Assembly (NCBI RefSeq): GCF_937892565.1
Contig: NZ_CALAHQ010000066.1
Location: forward strand, 97,771-161,770
Origin: an uncultured Roseicyclus sp.
GTDB taxonomy: Bacteria > Pseudomonadota > Alphaproteobacteria > Rhodobacterales > Rhodobacteraceae
DNA length: 64,000 nucleotides
Reading direction: 5' to 3'
Numbering within the stretch: position 1 is the first letter of the stretch; every line of letters begins with the position of its first letter. A model generated the notes under the pieces. The model was not told the DNA's origin. It made no database searches and saw only the letters and a list, made by a program, of their open reading frames with translations. Position numbers and translations under genes: made by a program. Of the stretch, positions 9,754-19,057 are shown in pieces.

Positions 9754-9776
9754 CCGATTTTCCCTTGGAAAATCGG
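9754..9776. repeat. palindromic hairpin CCGATTTTCC-CTT-GGAAAATCGG
   Basis: 10-bp perfect arms in the convergent spacer between the MORN gene and the sat fusion gene. Same TTTTCC/GGAAAA arm type as the other palindromes. Confidence 0.8.
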
Positions 9777-9816
9777 CCCCCGCGACGGCGCAGCCGGCGC
9801 AATGCCTGTCGTGCGA

Positions 9817-11883
9817 TCAGGCCGCGATCAAACCCATGCTTTCGAGCTTGAGCAGCACCTGTTGGGCACAGTAATCCACTTCGGTGCCTTCGGTGTTGAC
9901 CACCAGCTCGGCCGTGGTTGGCGCCTCGTAAGGGTCTGAAATTCCGGTGAATTCCTTGATCTTGCCCTCGCGCGCGAGCTTGTAGAGCCCCTTGCGGTCG
10001 CGCCGTTCGCATTCCTCGATGGGGGTTGCCACATGCACCTCGACAAAGGCGCCGTAAGCTTCGACCATCTCGCGCACGGCACGGCGGGTGGCGGTGTAGG
10101 GCGCGATGGGCGCACAGATCGCGATGCCGCCATTCTTGGTGATCTCGGATGCCACATAGCCGATCCGGCGGATGTTGATGTCGCGGTGTTCCTTGGAAAA
10201 GCCCAGCTCCGATGACAGATGCTTGCGCACCACATCACCATCCAGAAGCGTCACGGGGCGGCCCCCCATCTCCATCAGCTTGACCATCAACGCATTGGCG
10301 ATGGTCGATTTGCCCGACCCCGACAGCCCGGTGAAGAAAACGGTAAAGCCCTGTTGGCTGCGCGGCGGCGAGGTGCGGCGAAGCTCGCGCACCACCTCGG
10401 GGAAGGAGAACCATTCCGGGATCTCAAGGCCCTCGCGCAAGCGGCGGCGCAGTTCGGTGCCGGAAATATCCAGGATGGTATCGCCCTCGGGCACCTCGTT
10501 GGCGGGGTAATATTGCGCCTTTTCCTGCACATAAACCATGTGCTTGAAATCGACCATTTCCAGCCCGATCTCGGCCTCATGCGCCTTGAACAGCACTTGC
10601 GCGTCATAGGGGCCGTAGAAATCCTGACCTTGGCTGTTCTTGCCGGGGCCCGCATGGTCGCGGCCGACGATGAAATGGGTGCAGCCGTGATTGCGCCGGA
10701 TCAGCCCGTGCCACACCGCCTCGCGCGGGCCGGCCATGCGCATGGCAAGGTTCAGAAGGCTCATATGCGTCGTTGCGGCGGGGTATTTGTCCAGCACCGC
10801 CTCATAGCAGCGCACCCGGGTGAAATGATCGACATCGCCGGGCTTGGTCATGCCGACAACCGGATGGAGCAGCAGGTTGGCCTGCGCTTCCTTGGCGGCG
10901 CGAAAGGTCAGTTCCTGATGCGCGCGGTGCAGCGGGTTGCGCGTCTGAAAGGCGACGATGCGCCGCCAGCCAAGCTTGCGGAAATAGGCGCGCAGCTCAT
11001 TGGGCGTGTCGCGCCGCGCGCGGAAATCATAATGCACCGGCGGCTGGATCCCGGTGATGGCGCCGCCCAAATAAACCGGGCCCGCCACATGGTGGAGGTA
11101 ATTGACCGCCGGATGCGCCAGATCATCGGCGCCAAACACCATCTGCGCCTCGCGCGCCTTGTTGGGCACCCATTTGTCCGAGATCGACAAGATCGCAAGG
11201 ATCACCCCTTCGGCATCGCGCAGCGCGATATCCTGACCGGGCGCGACCTTTGCCGCAAAATCCTCGGATACATCGAGCGTGATGGGCATGGGCCAGAGCG
11301 TGCCATCGGCCAGCCGCATGGTTTCGACCACGCTGTCGTGATCGGCCTGTCCCAGAAAGCCCTTGAGCGGCGAAAAGCCGCCATTCATCAACAGTTCCAG
11401 ATCACAGGTCTGGCGCGCGCTCAGATCCCAGGAGGGCAGATCGCCCGCCTCGCGCCTGAGTTTTTGCGCGCTGTCGGGCGACACATAGAGTTCCTGGATC
11501 GGGGCAAGATGGGTCTGCATGGCGTGGGTCCTGGTCTTGATGGAAAAAAGTCCGCGCCCCGTGCCGGTCAGTTCGGCATGAAGGGCGTCATATTCGGCAA
11601 GCTTGCGGGCAAGAAACCGGTCGGTCAGCCGTGCCTTTTCGGCGGCACCTTGCGGCGTCAGCCCATAGGCCATGCGCTGGCGCTTGTCGGCGCTGTCGCG
11701 CGCGCCGATCCGCACCAGCCCCGCTTCGGTCACGGCACGCAACAGGGCATTGAGCCGCCCAAGGCTGACATCGAGGGCGGCCGCCGTCGCGCGCTGCGAG
11801 GCGTCGGGCGCGGCGTCAAGCTGGCGCAACAGGCGAAAGAGCAGGTCTTCCTCGGGCAGGGCATGGGGCAAAGCGTCGGGCAT
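9817..11883 (-). CDS. MarR-type winged-helix N-terminal domain fused in frame to bifunctional sulfate adenylyltransferase / adenylyl-sulfate kinase
   Basis: 688 aa with no internal stop. Residues 1-121 are wHTH-like. The ATP-sulfurylase part has QTRNPLHRAHQELT and HFIVGRDHAGPG. The APS kinase P-loop is FFTGLSGSGKSTIA. Confidence 0.85.
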   Translation of the reverse strand: MPDALPHALPEEDLLFRLLRQLDAAPDASQRATAAALDVSLGRLNALLRAVTEAGLVRIGARDSADKRQRMAYGLTPQGAAEKARLTDRFLARKLAEYDALHAELTGTGRGLFSIKTRTHAMQTHLAPIQELYVSPDSAQKLRREAGDLPSWDLSARQTCDLELLMNGGFSPLKGFLGQADHDSVVETMRLADGTLWPMPITLDVSEDFAAKVAPGQDIALRDAEGVILAILSISDKWVPNKAREAQMVFGADDLAHPAVNYLHHVAGPVYLGGAITGIQPPVHYDFRARRDTPNELRAYFRKLGWRRIVAFQTRNPLHRAHQELTFRAAKEAQANLLLHPVVGMTKPGDVDHFTRVRCYEAVLDKYPAATTHMSLLNLAMRMAGPREAVWHGLIRRNHGCTHFIVGRDHAGPGKNSQGQDFYGPYDAQVLFKAHEAEIGLEMVDFKHMVYVQEKAQYYPANEVPEGDTILDISGTELRRRLREGLEIPEWFSFPEVVRELRRTSPPRSQQGFTVFFTGLSGSGKSTIANALMVKLMEMGGRPVTLLDGDVVRKHLSSELGFSKEHRDINIRRIGYVASEITKNGGIAICAPIAPYTATRRAVREMVEAYGAFVEVHVATPIEECERRDRKGLYKLAREGKIKEFTGISDPYEAPTTAELVVNTEGTEVDYCAQQVLLKLESMGLIAA

Positions 11884-11898
11884 GGGCGGGCCGTATTA

Positions 11899-11914
11899 TG
11901 TTCAAAAGTGAACA
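11899..11914. promoter_or_regulatory. perfect 16-bp palindrome TGTTCAAAAGTGAACA (candidate operator, proximal)
   Basis: Lies 16 nt upstream of the 11883 start codon. On the coding strand it overlaps a CATAAT -10-like hexamer. Confidence 0.45.
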
Positions 11915-11945
11915 TACGCATCGAAAGATCGGCCGTAAAGGTGTT

Positions 11946-11961
11946 TGTTCAAAATTGAACA
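11946..11961. promoter_or_regulatory. perfect 16-bp palindrome TGTTCAAAATTGAACA (candidate operator, distal)
   Basis: Second copy with the same TGTTCA/TGAACA arms, 47 bp centre-to-centre from the first. Confidence 0.45.
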
Positions 11962-11978
11962 ATTTCTTCCAGGGATGG

Positions 11979-12007
11979 AAAAACCCGCCACAACGATCTG
12001 TGGCGGG
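11979..12007 (-). terminator. intrinsic terminator of trxB
   Basis: Minus strand reads CCCGCCACA-GATCGT-TGTGGCGGG followed by TTTTT, 30 nt after the trxB stop. Confidence 0.7.
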
Positions 12008-12036
12008 TCGCACGGGTCGCGCCGCGCGGTTTTGGT

Positions 12037-12993
12037 TCAGGCGGTTTTGGTCTCGTGCCCGGCCAGCCATTTTTCGGCATCCAGGGCGGCCATGCAGCCC
12101 ATGCCTGCGCTGGTGACGGCCTGCCGATAGATGTGATCGGTCAGGTCGCCCGCAGCAAAGACGCCGGGAATGCTGGTCTGGGTGGTGCCCGGTTCGACCT
12201 TGACGTAGCCGCCATTGTGCAATTCCAGCTGATCCCTGACCAGGTCGCTGGCTGGCGCGTGGCCGATGGCGACGAAGAACCCCTTGCACGGGATCTCCGT
12301 GATCTCGCCCGTGTCGACATGGCGCGCGCGCACCCCTTCGACGCCACGCGGGCTGTCGCCGCCGATGATCTCTTCGATGCCATGGTTCCACAGCACCTCG
12401 ATCTTGGGGTTCTTGAACAGCCGCTCTTGCATGATCTTTTCGGCCCGCAAGCTGTCGCGCCGGTGGATCAGCGTGACCTTGGAGGCGAAATTGGTCAAAA
12501 ACAGCGCCTCTTCCACGGCGGTGTTGCCGCCGCCGACCACGACGATCTCCTGCCCACGGTAGAAAAATCCGTCACAAGTGGCACAGGCCGAAACGCCAAA
12601 GCCCTTGAAATGTTCCTCCGACGGCAGGCCCAGCCATTTGGCTTGTGCGCCCGTGGCCAGGATCACGGCGTCTGCGGTGTAGGTCGTGCCGCTGTCGCCT
12701 TGGGCCACGAAGGGGCGCGCCGACAGATCAAGCGACTGGATATGGTCCGAGATGATCTCGCAGCCCATTTCTTTGGCGTGGGCTTCCATCCGCACCATCA
12801 GGTCGGGGCCCATGACGGATGCATCGCCCGGCCAGTTCTCGACATCGGTGGTGATGGTCAACTGCCCGCCGGGCTGGATGCCTTGCACAAGGATCGGCGC
12901 CAGCATGGCGCGGCTGGCATAGACCCCGGCCGTATAGCCGGCAGGCCCCGAACCGATGATCAACAGGCGGGTGTGTCGGGTGGCTTGGGTCAT
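12037..12993 (-). CDS. trxB: thioredoxin-disulfide reductase
   Basis: 318 aa from [23 protein letters not shown]. Redox centre CATCDG. Second dinucleotide fold [10 protein letters not shown]. Confidence 0.95.
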   Translation of the reverse strand: MTQATRHTRLLIIGSGPAGYTAGVYASRAMLAPILVQGIQPGGQLTITTDVENWPGDASVMGPDLMVRMEAHAKEMGCEIISDHIQSLDLSARPFVAQGDSGTTYTADAVILATGAQAKWLGLPSEEHFKGFGVSACATCDGFFYRGQEIVVVGGGNTAVEEALFLTNFASKVTLIHRRDSLRAEKIMQERLFKNPKIEVLWNHGIEEIIGGDSPRGVEGVRARHVDTGEITEIPCKGFFVAIGHAPASDLVRDQLELHNGGYVKVEPGTTQTSIPGVFAAGDLTDHIYRQAVTSAGMGCMAALDAEKWLAGHETKTA

Positions 12994-13203
12994 GGTCTTG
13001 CTCCTTGCATGGCGCGCGTGCCGCTGGTGTGGGGCCGCGATTGCCCGTTTCATATATTTCCGGCAAGCCACGGGCGAAAGCCCTGCGGCACGGGGTTGCA
13101 CAGCCGCGTCGAATGATACAAATGTTGCGCGAGTGTGAAATAAAATTGCGCAAGCGGTTGTGTTGTGGTTTGAATCGCAAACCGCGCAGGGGGGCCGGAG
13201 CAA

Positions 13204-13704
13204 ATGGCACAAACAAAGCTCGATCCGATCGACCGAAAGATTCTGTCCGAGTTGCAAGATGACGGGCGCATGACCAATGTGGAGCTGGCCAAGCGGGTGG
13301 GCATTTCGGCCCCGCCCTGCTTGCGCCGTGTCCGCACCTTGGAAGAGGCGGGCTATATCCGCGGCTATCACGCCGATGTCGATCCGCGCATGCTGGGTTT
13401 TGAGGTTCAGGTTTTCGCCATGGTCGGCCTGCACAGCCAAGCCGAGGCCGATCTGGTCGCTTTCGAGGCGCGCTGCCGCGGCTGGCAGCTTGTGCGCGAA
13501 TGCCACATGCTCAACGGCGAGATCGATTTCATCCTCAAATGCGTGGCACCTGATCTGTCGACCTTTCAGAGCTTTCTCACCGGTCAATTGACGGCAGCGC
13601 CCAATGTGGCAAGCGTGCGCACCTCGCTGGTGATCCGCGCCTCCAAGGATACGCCCGGCGTGCCGTTTGATGTGATGGAAGCGCGGCTGAACCAGACCGC
13701 CTGA
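13204..13704 (+). CDS. Lrp/AsnC-family transcriptional regulator
   Basis: N-terminal HTH ([46 protein letters not shown]) plus an AsnC-type ligand-binding domain. Confidence 0.9.
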   Translation: MAQTKLDPIDRKILSELQDDGRMTNVELAKRVGISAPPCLRRVRTLEEAGYIRGYHADVDPRMLGFEVQVFAMVGLHSQAEADLVAFEARCRGWQLVRECHMLNGEIDFILKCVAPDLSTFQSFLTGQLTAAPNVASVRTSLVIRASKDTPGVPFDVMEARLNQTA

Positions 13705-13737
13705 AGCCGCAAGACCAAGAAATGGCTTGGAACCAAG

Positions 13738-13767
13738 AAAAAGGCGGCCATTCTGGCCGCCTTTTTT
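13738..13767. terminator. bidirectional-type intrinsic terminator after lrp
   Basis: AAAAAGGCGGCCA-TTC-TGGCCGCCTTTTTT: a 10-bp stem with an A-tract upstream and a T-tract downstream. Confidence 0.75.
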
Positions 13768-13825
13768 CCGCTGCGTCGCGGGTGTTGCGCGACATTGGTT
13801 CGCCGCAACCAGCGGCCTTTTGCCC

Positions 13826-13850
13826 GGGCGGATTTTTCGCCCGTCTTTTT
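13826..13850 (+). terminator. second, weaker terminator-like hairpin plus T-run
   Basis: GGGCG-GATTTTT-CGCCC followed by GTCTTTTT. The stem is only 5 bp. Confidence 0.3.
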
Positions 13851-14132
13851 GACGCTCCCGGGGTTGGTCCGGGGCATTTCGATCCCGTCGGTCTTGGCGT
13901 TTGCCTGACCCCTTTGGTGTCAGCGCCGGAAATCATCTGGCCCGGTCTTGCCTGTCGCCGTGCAGGTGTGACCACCAGCACCGCGCAGACAGGGTTGATC
14001 GCCAAGTGTTGCAACCGATAACGCAAAAGCCTTAGCGCGCGGTAAATCCCAAGGGCGCTTGTGCGCCGCAAGGCGGACCCCGGGCGCAGCCGGGGTGGCA
14101 CCTGTATGAAAAGCAGGCTGATCTTGCGGCTG

Positions 14133-14900
14133 CTACAGACGGATGACCGAGATCAGCCGCCCGTAATCGGCTTCGGCCCTGTGGGTGGCGCGGCGGTAGG
14201 AATAGAATCGCTGCGCATCGCTGTAGGTGCAGTGGTGCGTCCATTCCGCCGATCCGATGCCGGTCCCGCGCAGCCGCATCAACCCATAGCCCGGCAGATC
14301 GAACAGATAGCGCCCATCGGCCCCGTTGATGAAGAACCGCGCACTTGCCGGGTCTTCGTCAAGAAAGCGTTCGAGAAATTCCTGTCCGACCTCATAGGCG
14401 CGCTGGCTGATGGTGGGGCCGATGACGGCGTTGATCCGGTCGCGCCGGGCGCCTGCGGCCTGCATCGCGTCGATGGTGGCTTCCAGCACCCCGTCGAGCG
14501 CACCGCGCCATCCGGCATGGGCCGCGCCGATCACCCCCGCCGCGCGGTCGGCAAACAGGACCGGCTGGCAATCGGCGGTCAGAACGGCGATGGCCAGCCC
14601 CGGTGTGGTCGTGACGATGGCATCGGCGCGCGGCCGATCCTCGGGCCGCTGTGACAGCGTCACGGCGGTCGCGGAATGGACCTGATGCACCGTCACCAGC
14701 CGTTCGGCGCTGACCCCCATCGCTTCGGCCACCCGGTCGCGGTTCATCGCCACGATCGCGGCCTGATCGGATGAGCCGCCGCCGCAGTTCAGACCTTCGA
14801 AGATCCCCGAGGATGCCCCCCCGCGCCGCCCGAAAAAGCCGTGCGTCACGCCGTCGAGCAGCGGCGAGGTCACGATGTCGAGGGTCGGGGTCATGGGCAT
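14133..14900 (-). CDS. pgeF: peptidoglycan editing factor PgeF (YfiH/DUF152 laccase-domain protein)
   Basis: 255 aa. Motifs VHQVHS, LTADCQPVL and AAHAGWRG. Confidence 0.85.
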   Translation of the reverse strand: MPMTPTLDIVTSPLLDGVTHGFFGRRGGASSGIFEGLNCGGGSSDQAAIVAMNRDRVAEAMGVSAERLVTVHQVHSATAVTLSQRPEDRPRADAIVTTTPGLAIAVLTADCQPVLFADRAAGVIGAAHAGWRGALDGVLEATIDAMQAAGARRDRINAVIGPTISQRAYEVGQEFLERFLDEDPASARFFINGADGRYLFDLPGYGLMRLRGTGIGSAEWTHHCTYSDAQRFYSYRRATHRAEADYGRLISVIRL

Positions 14901-15973
14901 GTCGGGCCGGGATCAAGGGCAGGGGGCGGCGGGCCAGCGGGTGGTGTCAGGGCCAGCACACGGAATAGGTGGCCCATCTCATCGGGGTGCGTCAACCGCT
15001 TGTGGGCAGCGATATGCAGATCAAGGGCCGCGCCGCTCAGCGATCGGGCCAGAGTTTGCGCCCGCGCGGTGATGCCCAGACGTTCCAGAAACACGCCTTG
15101 CGGGGTCAGCGCGCTGGCGCGTGCGGGCCGTGCCGCGCGGGCAAGCGGCCCAAAGGCCACATGTGCCGTCAGATCGGCCTGACCCGGCATGGCCAAGGGA
15201 TCGACGGGCTGATGGGCGCGCAGCGCCTGAAACGTATCGCCAAGGCTGTCCCAATCGCCGTAATCCACGATCAGTGCCGCGCCGCCATGGGCCGCGATGC
15301 GCGCGCCGATGTCACCGGCGATGGCTTCGGCCGGGGCGCAGGTTTCCACGATCTGGCCCGGGGTCAAATGGGCTGCACGATCGGCAAGCGCCGCGATGGG
15401 GGCAGGGGGCGCCAAGCCCCAGATCAATCGATCGTTTTCCACGCCGATCATGCGTTCGCACCAATCGGCCCCGTCGGCTTTCCGGAACTGCCGGATCGGC
15501 AGGGCGTCAAAAAACTCGTTGGCAACCAAGAACAGCGGCCCCTCGGGAAGATCGGCAAGGCTGTCGTGGAACAGGGGCGCATGATCGGCCAGGGCGCGCG
15601 CCTGTGCCGCGCGCAGCGGTGCCGAGGCTTCGATCAGATGCAGCCGGGCGGCGGCGTGAAAGCCCGCCACCTTGCGCGTGGCGCGCAGCGCATCGGCCAT
15701 CAGGCTGCCCCGTCCCGGCCCCAGTTCGGCCAGCACAAAGGGGGTGGGTGTGCCTTGATCGATCCAGACCTGTGCCAGCCAGAGCCCGATCAATTCCCCG
15801 AACATCTGGCTGATTTCCGGCGCGGTGATGAAATCGCCCGCGCGGCCCAGGGGATCGCGCGTGGTGTAATAGCCGTGAACAGGGTGCAGCAGCGATTCGG
15901 CCATGTAATCGGCCAGCGTGATCGGCCCCAGCCGCGCGATCCGCGCGATCAGCCCATCCCTCAGCGCCGTCAT
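14891..15973 (-). CDS. class I SAM-dependent methyltransferase, DUF185 / NDUFAF7 (MidA)-like
   Basis: 360 aa from [26 protein letters not shown] and [12 protein letters not shown] are typical of the family. The start overlaps the lgt stop (ATGA). Confidence 0.75.
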   Translation of the reverse strand: MTALRDGLIARIARLGPITLADYMAESLLHPVHGYYTTRDPLGRAGDFITAPEISQMFGELIGLWLAQVWIDQGTPTPFVLAELGPGRGSLMADALRATRKVAGFHAAARLHLIEASAPLRAAQARALADHAPLFHDSLADLPEGPLFLVANEFFDALPIRQFRKADGADWCERMIGVENDRLIWGLAPPAPIAALADRAAHLTPGQIVETCAPAEAIAGDIGARIAAHGGAALIVDYGDWDSLGDTFQALRAHQPVDPLAMPGQADLTAHVAFGPLARAARPARASALTPQGVFLERLGITARAQTLARSLSGAALDLHIAAHKRLTHPDEMGHLFRVLALTPPAGPPPPALDPGPTCP

Positions 15974-16881
15974 CGCGCCCGCCGTGCGTGCCACACCAGC
16001 CACAGCCCCAGCACGATCATGGGAAGCGACAGGATTTGCCCCATCGTCAGCCCCATCTGTGGCGACAGCACCAGCGCAAAGCCCACCGGATTGTCGGGTG
16101 TCACGAATTGCGCGTCAGGCTGGCGGACGAATTCCACCCCAAAGCGCGCAACCCCATAGAGCGTGAAAAACATGCCCGTCAGCGCGCCGGGTGTCTTGAG
16201 CCATCCCGCCCGCCATGCCAGCCCCAACAGCACCGCCCCCATCACCAGGCCTTCAAGCCCCGCCTGATAAAGCTGCGACGGGTGGCGCGCGCACATCTGC
16301 CCCAGTTCGGTCATCACGATGCCCACCGGGCCTGTGCAATCCTGTGCGGCCGCACCCGGAAAGATCACTGCCCAGGGCACATCCGACGGGCGCCCCCACA
16401 GTTCTGCATTGATGAAATTGGACAGCCGCCCAAGGCCAAGCCCGATGGCCACCACCATCGACATGGCATCCGCCACCGCCAGCGGCGCCACCGTGTTGGT
16501 CCGGCAAAACAGCCAGCCCGCCACCGCCACCCCGATCAGCCCGCCATGAAACGACATGCCGCCCTGCCAGATGGCCAGGATCTCGCCCGGGTTTTGCAGG
16601 TAATAGCCCGGCTGATAGAACAGCACAAAGCCCAGCCGCCCGCCAAGGATCACCCCCAGAACAACGGCGGTCAAAAGCCCTTCGACCTGTGCGGGCTGCA
16701 TGGGGGCCGTGCCGTCGGGCCAAAGTGCCGGACGCTTCACCGCCTGCAAGATCAGCCACCACCCCGCCAGCAGCCCCGCGATATAGGCCAGTGCATACCA
16801 GCGCAACGCCAGCGTGACGCCGCCGATGGTGATCGAAAACAGATCGGGCGAGATATCGGGAAAGGGAATGGCGAAGGGCAT
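15970..16881 (-). CDS. lgt: prolipoprotein diacylglyceryl transferase
   Basis: 303-aa multi-TM protein with [21 protein letters not shown] and [14 protein letters not shown]. Confidence 0.9.
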   Translation of the reverse strand: MPFAIPFPDISPDLFSITIGGVTLALRWYALAYIAGLLAGWWLILQAVKRPALWPDGTAPMQPAQVEGLLTAVVLGVILGGRLGFVLFYQPGYYLQNPGEILAIWQGGMSFHGGLIGVAVAGWLFCRTNTVAPLAVADAMSMVVAIGLGLGRLSNFINAELWGRPSDVPWAVIFPGAAAQDCTGPVGIVMTELGQMCARHPSQLYQAGLEGLVMGAVLLGLAWRAGWLKTPGALTGMFFTLYGVARFGVEFVRQPDAQFVTPDNPVGFALVLSPQMGLTMGQILSLPMIVLGLWLVWHARRAR

Positions 16882-16995
16882 CGGAACCGTCTTTCATGGG
16901 TCTGGCCATGGGTGGGCGGGGGCTGCGGCGAAGTCAACCTTGATCCGGCTGGCGTGCAGCGCCATATCGACCTTATCAGCCAAGGAGCACGCAGC

Positions 16996-17238
16996 ATGCA
17001 GACCCGCAACAAGATCATGGAAGACATCAGCCAGCTGATGACCAACGCCATGGGTGTGGCTCAAGGCGCCAAGCAAGAGGCCGAGACGGCGATGAAATCG
17101 ATGATGGATCGCTGGCTGGCCGACCGCGATTTCGTCACCCGCGAAGAATTCGACGCGGTCCGCGCCATGGCCCAGAAGGCCCGCGAAGAGAACGAAGCGC
17201 TCAAGGCCCGCATTGCGGCCCTGGAGGCCAAGGGCTGA
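16996..17238 (+). CDS. ubiK: UbiK/YqiC (BMFP) family accessory factor
   Basis: 80-aa coiled-coil protein (DRDFVTREEFDAVRAMAQKAREENEALKARIAALE). AAGGAG lies 8 nt upstream of the ATG. Confidence 0.7.
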   Translation: MQTRNKIMEDISQLMTNAMGVAQGAKQEAETAMKSMMDRWLADRDFVTREEFDAVRAMAQKAREENEALKARIAALEAKG

Positions 17239-17711
17239 TCTTGCGCCTTTGGGGCGCGTCATCAGACGCACCGTTCGCCCGGCCTATCCTGAGAAGCACC
17301 CAACGGCACGGCCCACACTGTGCCACCCAGATCGCAGACCCCGCCCTTGCCAGTGGCGTGGCGGATGTGATGTTGCCGACAGCGCCCTTGAGCGCCCTTG
17401 CCACACGCCGCCTTCACGTCGGTTGATGTGCATGCCCCGCCACGCCACAAGCGGCACCCAACGACGCGCCCGACCCGATGCGGGTGCAAACAGCCCCCAT
17501 CCCACATAATCTTGTGGATACCTCCGTCTTTCGTGGGGGCGCTCTCTGCGTCACAAAAATATTGCTTTACACAAGGGCGCAAGAATCGCACCATATCTGG
17601 TAGGCGCAGGCGCTTTGCCCGCACCTGATTGTAAAGACACCCAGCCAATAGCGGGCGTCTTGGACCCGAGGCCCAAGGCCCGAACGGCTGCAAAAACACG
17701 AGGCCTGGGCA

Positions 17712-18215
17712 ATGTCGCATTCCGAGCAATATCTCGACATCGATGATCTGCATCCCATCGACATCGTGGAGACGCTGGCATCCCATCACGATTGGGATTT
17801 CGACCGCGTGACCGACGACCAGATCGCCATGGCGATCGAGGGACAATGGCGCACCTATTCGGTGACGCTGGCTTGGTCGGCCTATGACGAAACGCTGCGG
17901 ATGATCTGCACCTTCGAGATGGAACCGCCCGCCGAGATGCTGCCCAATCTGTATGAAACGCTCAATCTGGCCAATGATCGCTGCTGGGCGGGGGCGTTCA
18001 CCTATTGGCCGGCGCAAAAGCTGATGGCCTATCGCTATGGTCTGGTGCTGTCGGGTGAACAACTGGCCACCCCCGACCAGATCGCCTGCATGGTGGATAC
18101 CGCCGTGCTGGCGGCCGAACGCTATTACCCGGCGTTTCAGCTGGCCTGCTGGGGCAATCGCAGCCCTGCCGATGCCTTGCAGGTCGCCATTGCACAGAGC
18201 TACGGCCGCGCCTAA
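17712..18215 (+). CDS. YbjN-domain protein
   Basis: 167-aa acidic protein with the chaperone-like YbjN pattern (WRTYSVTLAWS...RMICTFEM...LNLANDRCWAGAFTYW). Confidence 0.65.
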   Translation: MSHSEQYLDIDDLHPIDIVETLASHHDWDFDRVTDDQIAMAIEGQWRTYSVTLAWSAYDETLRMICTFEMEPPAEMLPNLYETLNLANDRCWAGAFTYWPAQKLMAYRYGLVLSGEQLATPDQIACMVDTAVLAAERYYPAFQLACWGNRSPADALQVAIAQSYGRA

Positions 18216-18238
18216 CCTCCGCCCCCGGAGCCAAGGGG

Positions 18239-19057
18239 GTGGACATGGATTTCAGCGGGATATCGCGCCGCGGGCTGGTGATGCTGGGCTGCGGCAAGAT
18301 GGGGTCGGCCATGCTTCAGGGCTGGCTCAATGGCGGTCTGGCGGCATCGGCGGTCCATGTGATCGACCCCCAGCCCTCGGGCTGGCTGCAAGCGCAAGGG
18401 GTTTGGATCAACGCAGCCCTGCCCGATGCGCCTGCGGTCTTGGTGATCGCGGTCAAGCCGCAGATGATGCAGGCCGCCCTGCCGCATGTGGCACGCTTTG
18501 GTGGCGGCCGGACGTTGATCTTGTCGGTCGCGGCCGGCACGCCGATCTCTGCCTATGAGGCGGCCTTTGGCCCGGGCAGCCGCGTGATCCGGTCCATGCC
18601 CAACACGCCCGCCGCCATCGGCAAGGGGATCACCGCGATCATCGGCAACGCCATCGCCACGCCGGCCGATCTGGACATGGCCGAAGGCCTCTTGTCGGCC
18701 ATCGGACAGGTGGTGCGCCTGACCGACGAGGATCAGATCGACGCCGTCACGGGCCTGTCGGGATCGGGGCCCGCCTATGTCTTTCACATGATCGACGCCC
18801 TTGCCGCCGCCGGGCAGGCCGAGGGGCTGCCGCCCGAAATGGCGATGCAACTGGCCAAGGCGACCGTAGCAGGCGCGGGTGCCCTGGCTGAACAGGCTTT
18901 GGAAACCCCTGAGCAATTGCGCATCAATGTGACCTCGCCCAATGGCACGACACAGGCCGGGCTTGGGGTGCTGATGGATGCGACCGCGGGGCTCATGCCC
19001 TTGATGCGCGCCACCGTCGGCGCCGCGACCGCCCGCAGCCGCGCGTTGAAGGGATGA
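18239..19057 (+). CDS. proC: pyrroline-5-carboxylate reductase
   Basis: GTG start 8 nt after GGAG. Motifs MLGCGKMGSAM, RSMPNTPAAIG, GLSGSGPAY and SPNGTT. Confidence 0.9.
   Translation: MDMDFSGISRRGLVMLGCGKMGSAMLQGWLNGGLAASAVHVIDPQPSGWLQAQGVWINAALPDAPAVLVIAVKPQMMQAALPHVARFGGGRTLILSVAAGTPISAYEAAFGPGSRVIRSMPNTPAAIGKGITAIIGNAIATPADLDMAEGLLSAIGQVVRLTDEDQIDAVTGLSGSGPAYVFHMIDALAAAGQAEGLPPEMAMQLAKATVAGAGALAEQALETPEQLRINVTSPNGTTQAGLGVLMDATAGLMPLMRATVGAATARSRALKG

Noticed and set aside
11543-11551. A6/T6 homopolymer in the linker between the wHTH domain and Sat, considered as a possible indel that artificially fuses two genes.
   Set aside because: Shifting the frame by +1 or -1 at this run gives no nearby stop (about 38-45 further codons of nonsense). 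A simple homopolymer error therefore does not recreate a separate regulator gene, and the in-frame fusion reading is retained.
11899-11961. Considered whether the palindromes upstream of the sat fusion gene are PpsR/CrtJ sites (TGT-N12-ACA).
   Set aside because: Their spacing is TGT-N10-ACA, not N12, so they do not fit that consensus.
14096-14115. TGGCAC at 14096 looked like the -24 element of a sigma54 promoter.
   Set aside because: The -12 position reads TGAA instead of TTGC, and no downstream gene exists in that orientation.
17500-17660. Checked the ubiK-ybjN spacer for 6S RNA, an RpoH promoter (CTTTACA...CACCATAT) or a tRNA-like sequence.
   Set aside because: The promoter spacing is 3 nt too long relative to the hsp20 example. 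No T-loop (GGTTCGA-type) motif or 6S-like features could be recognised by eye. It needs a covariance-model search.
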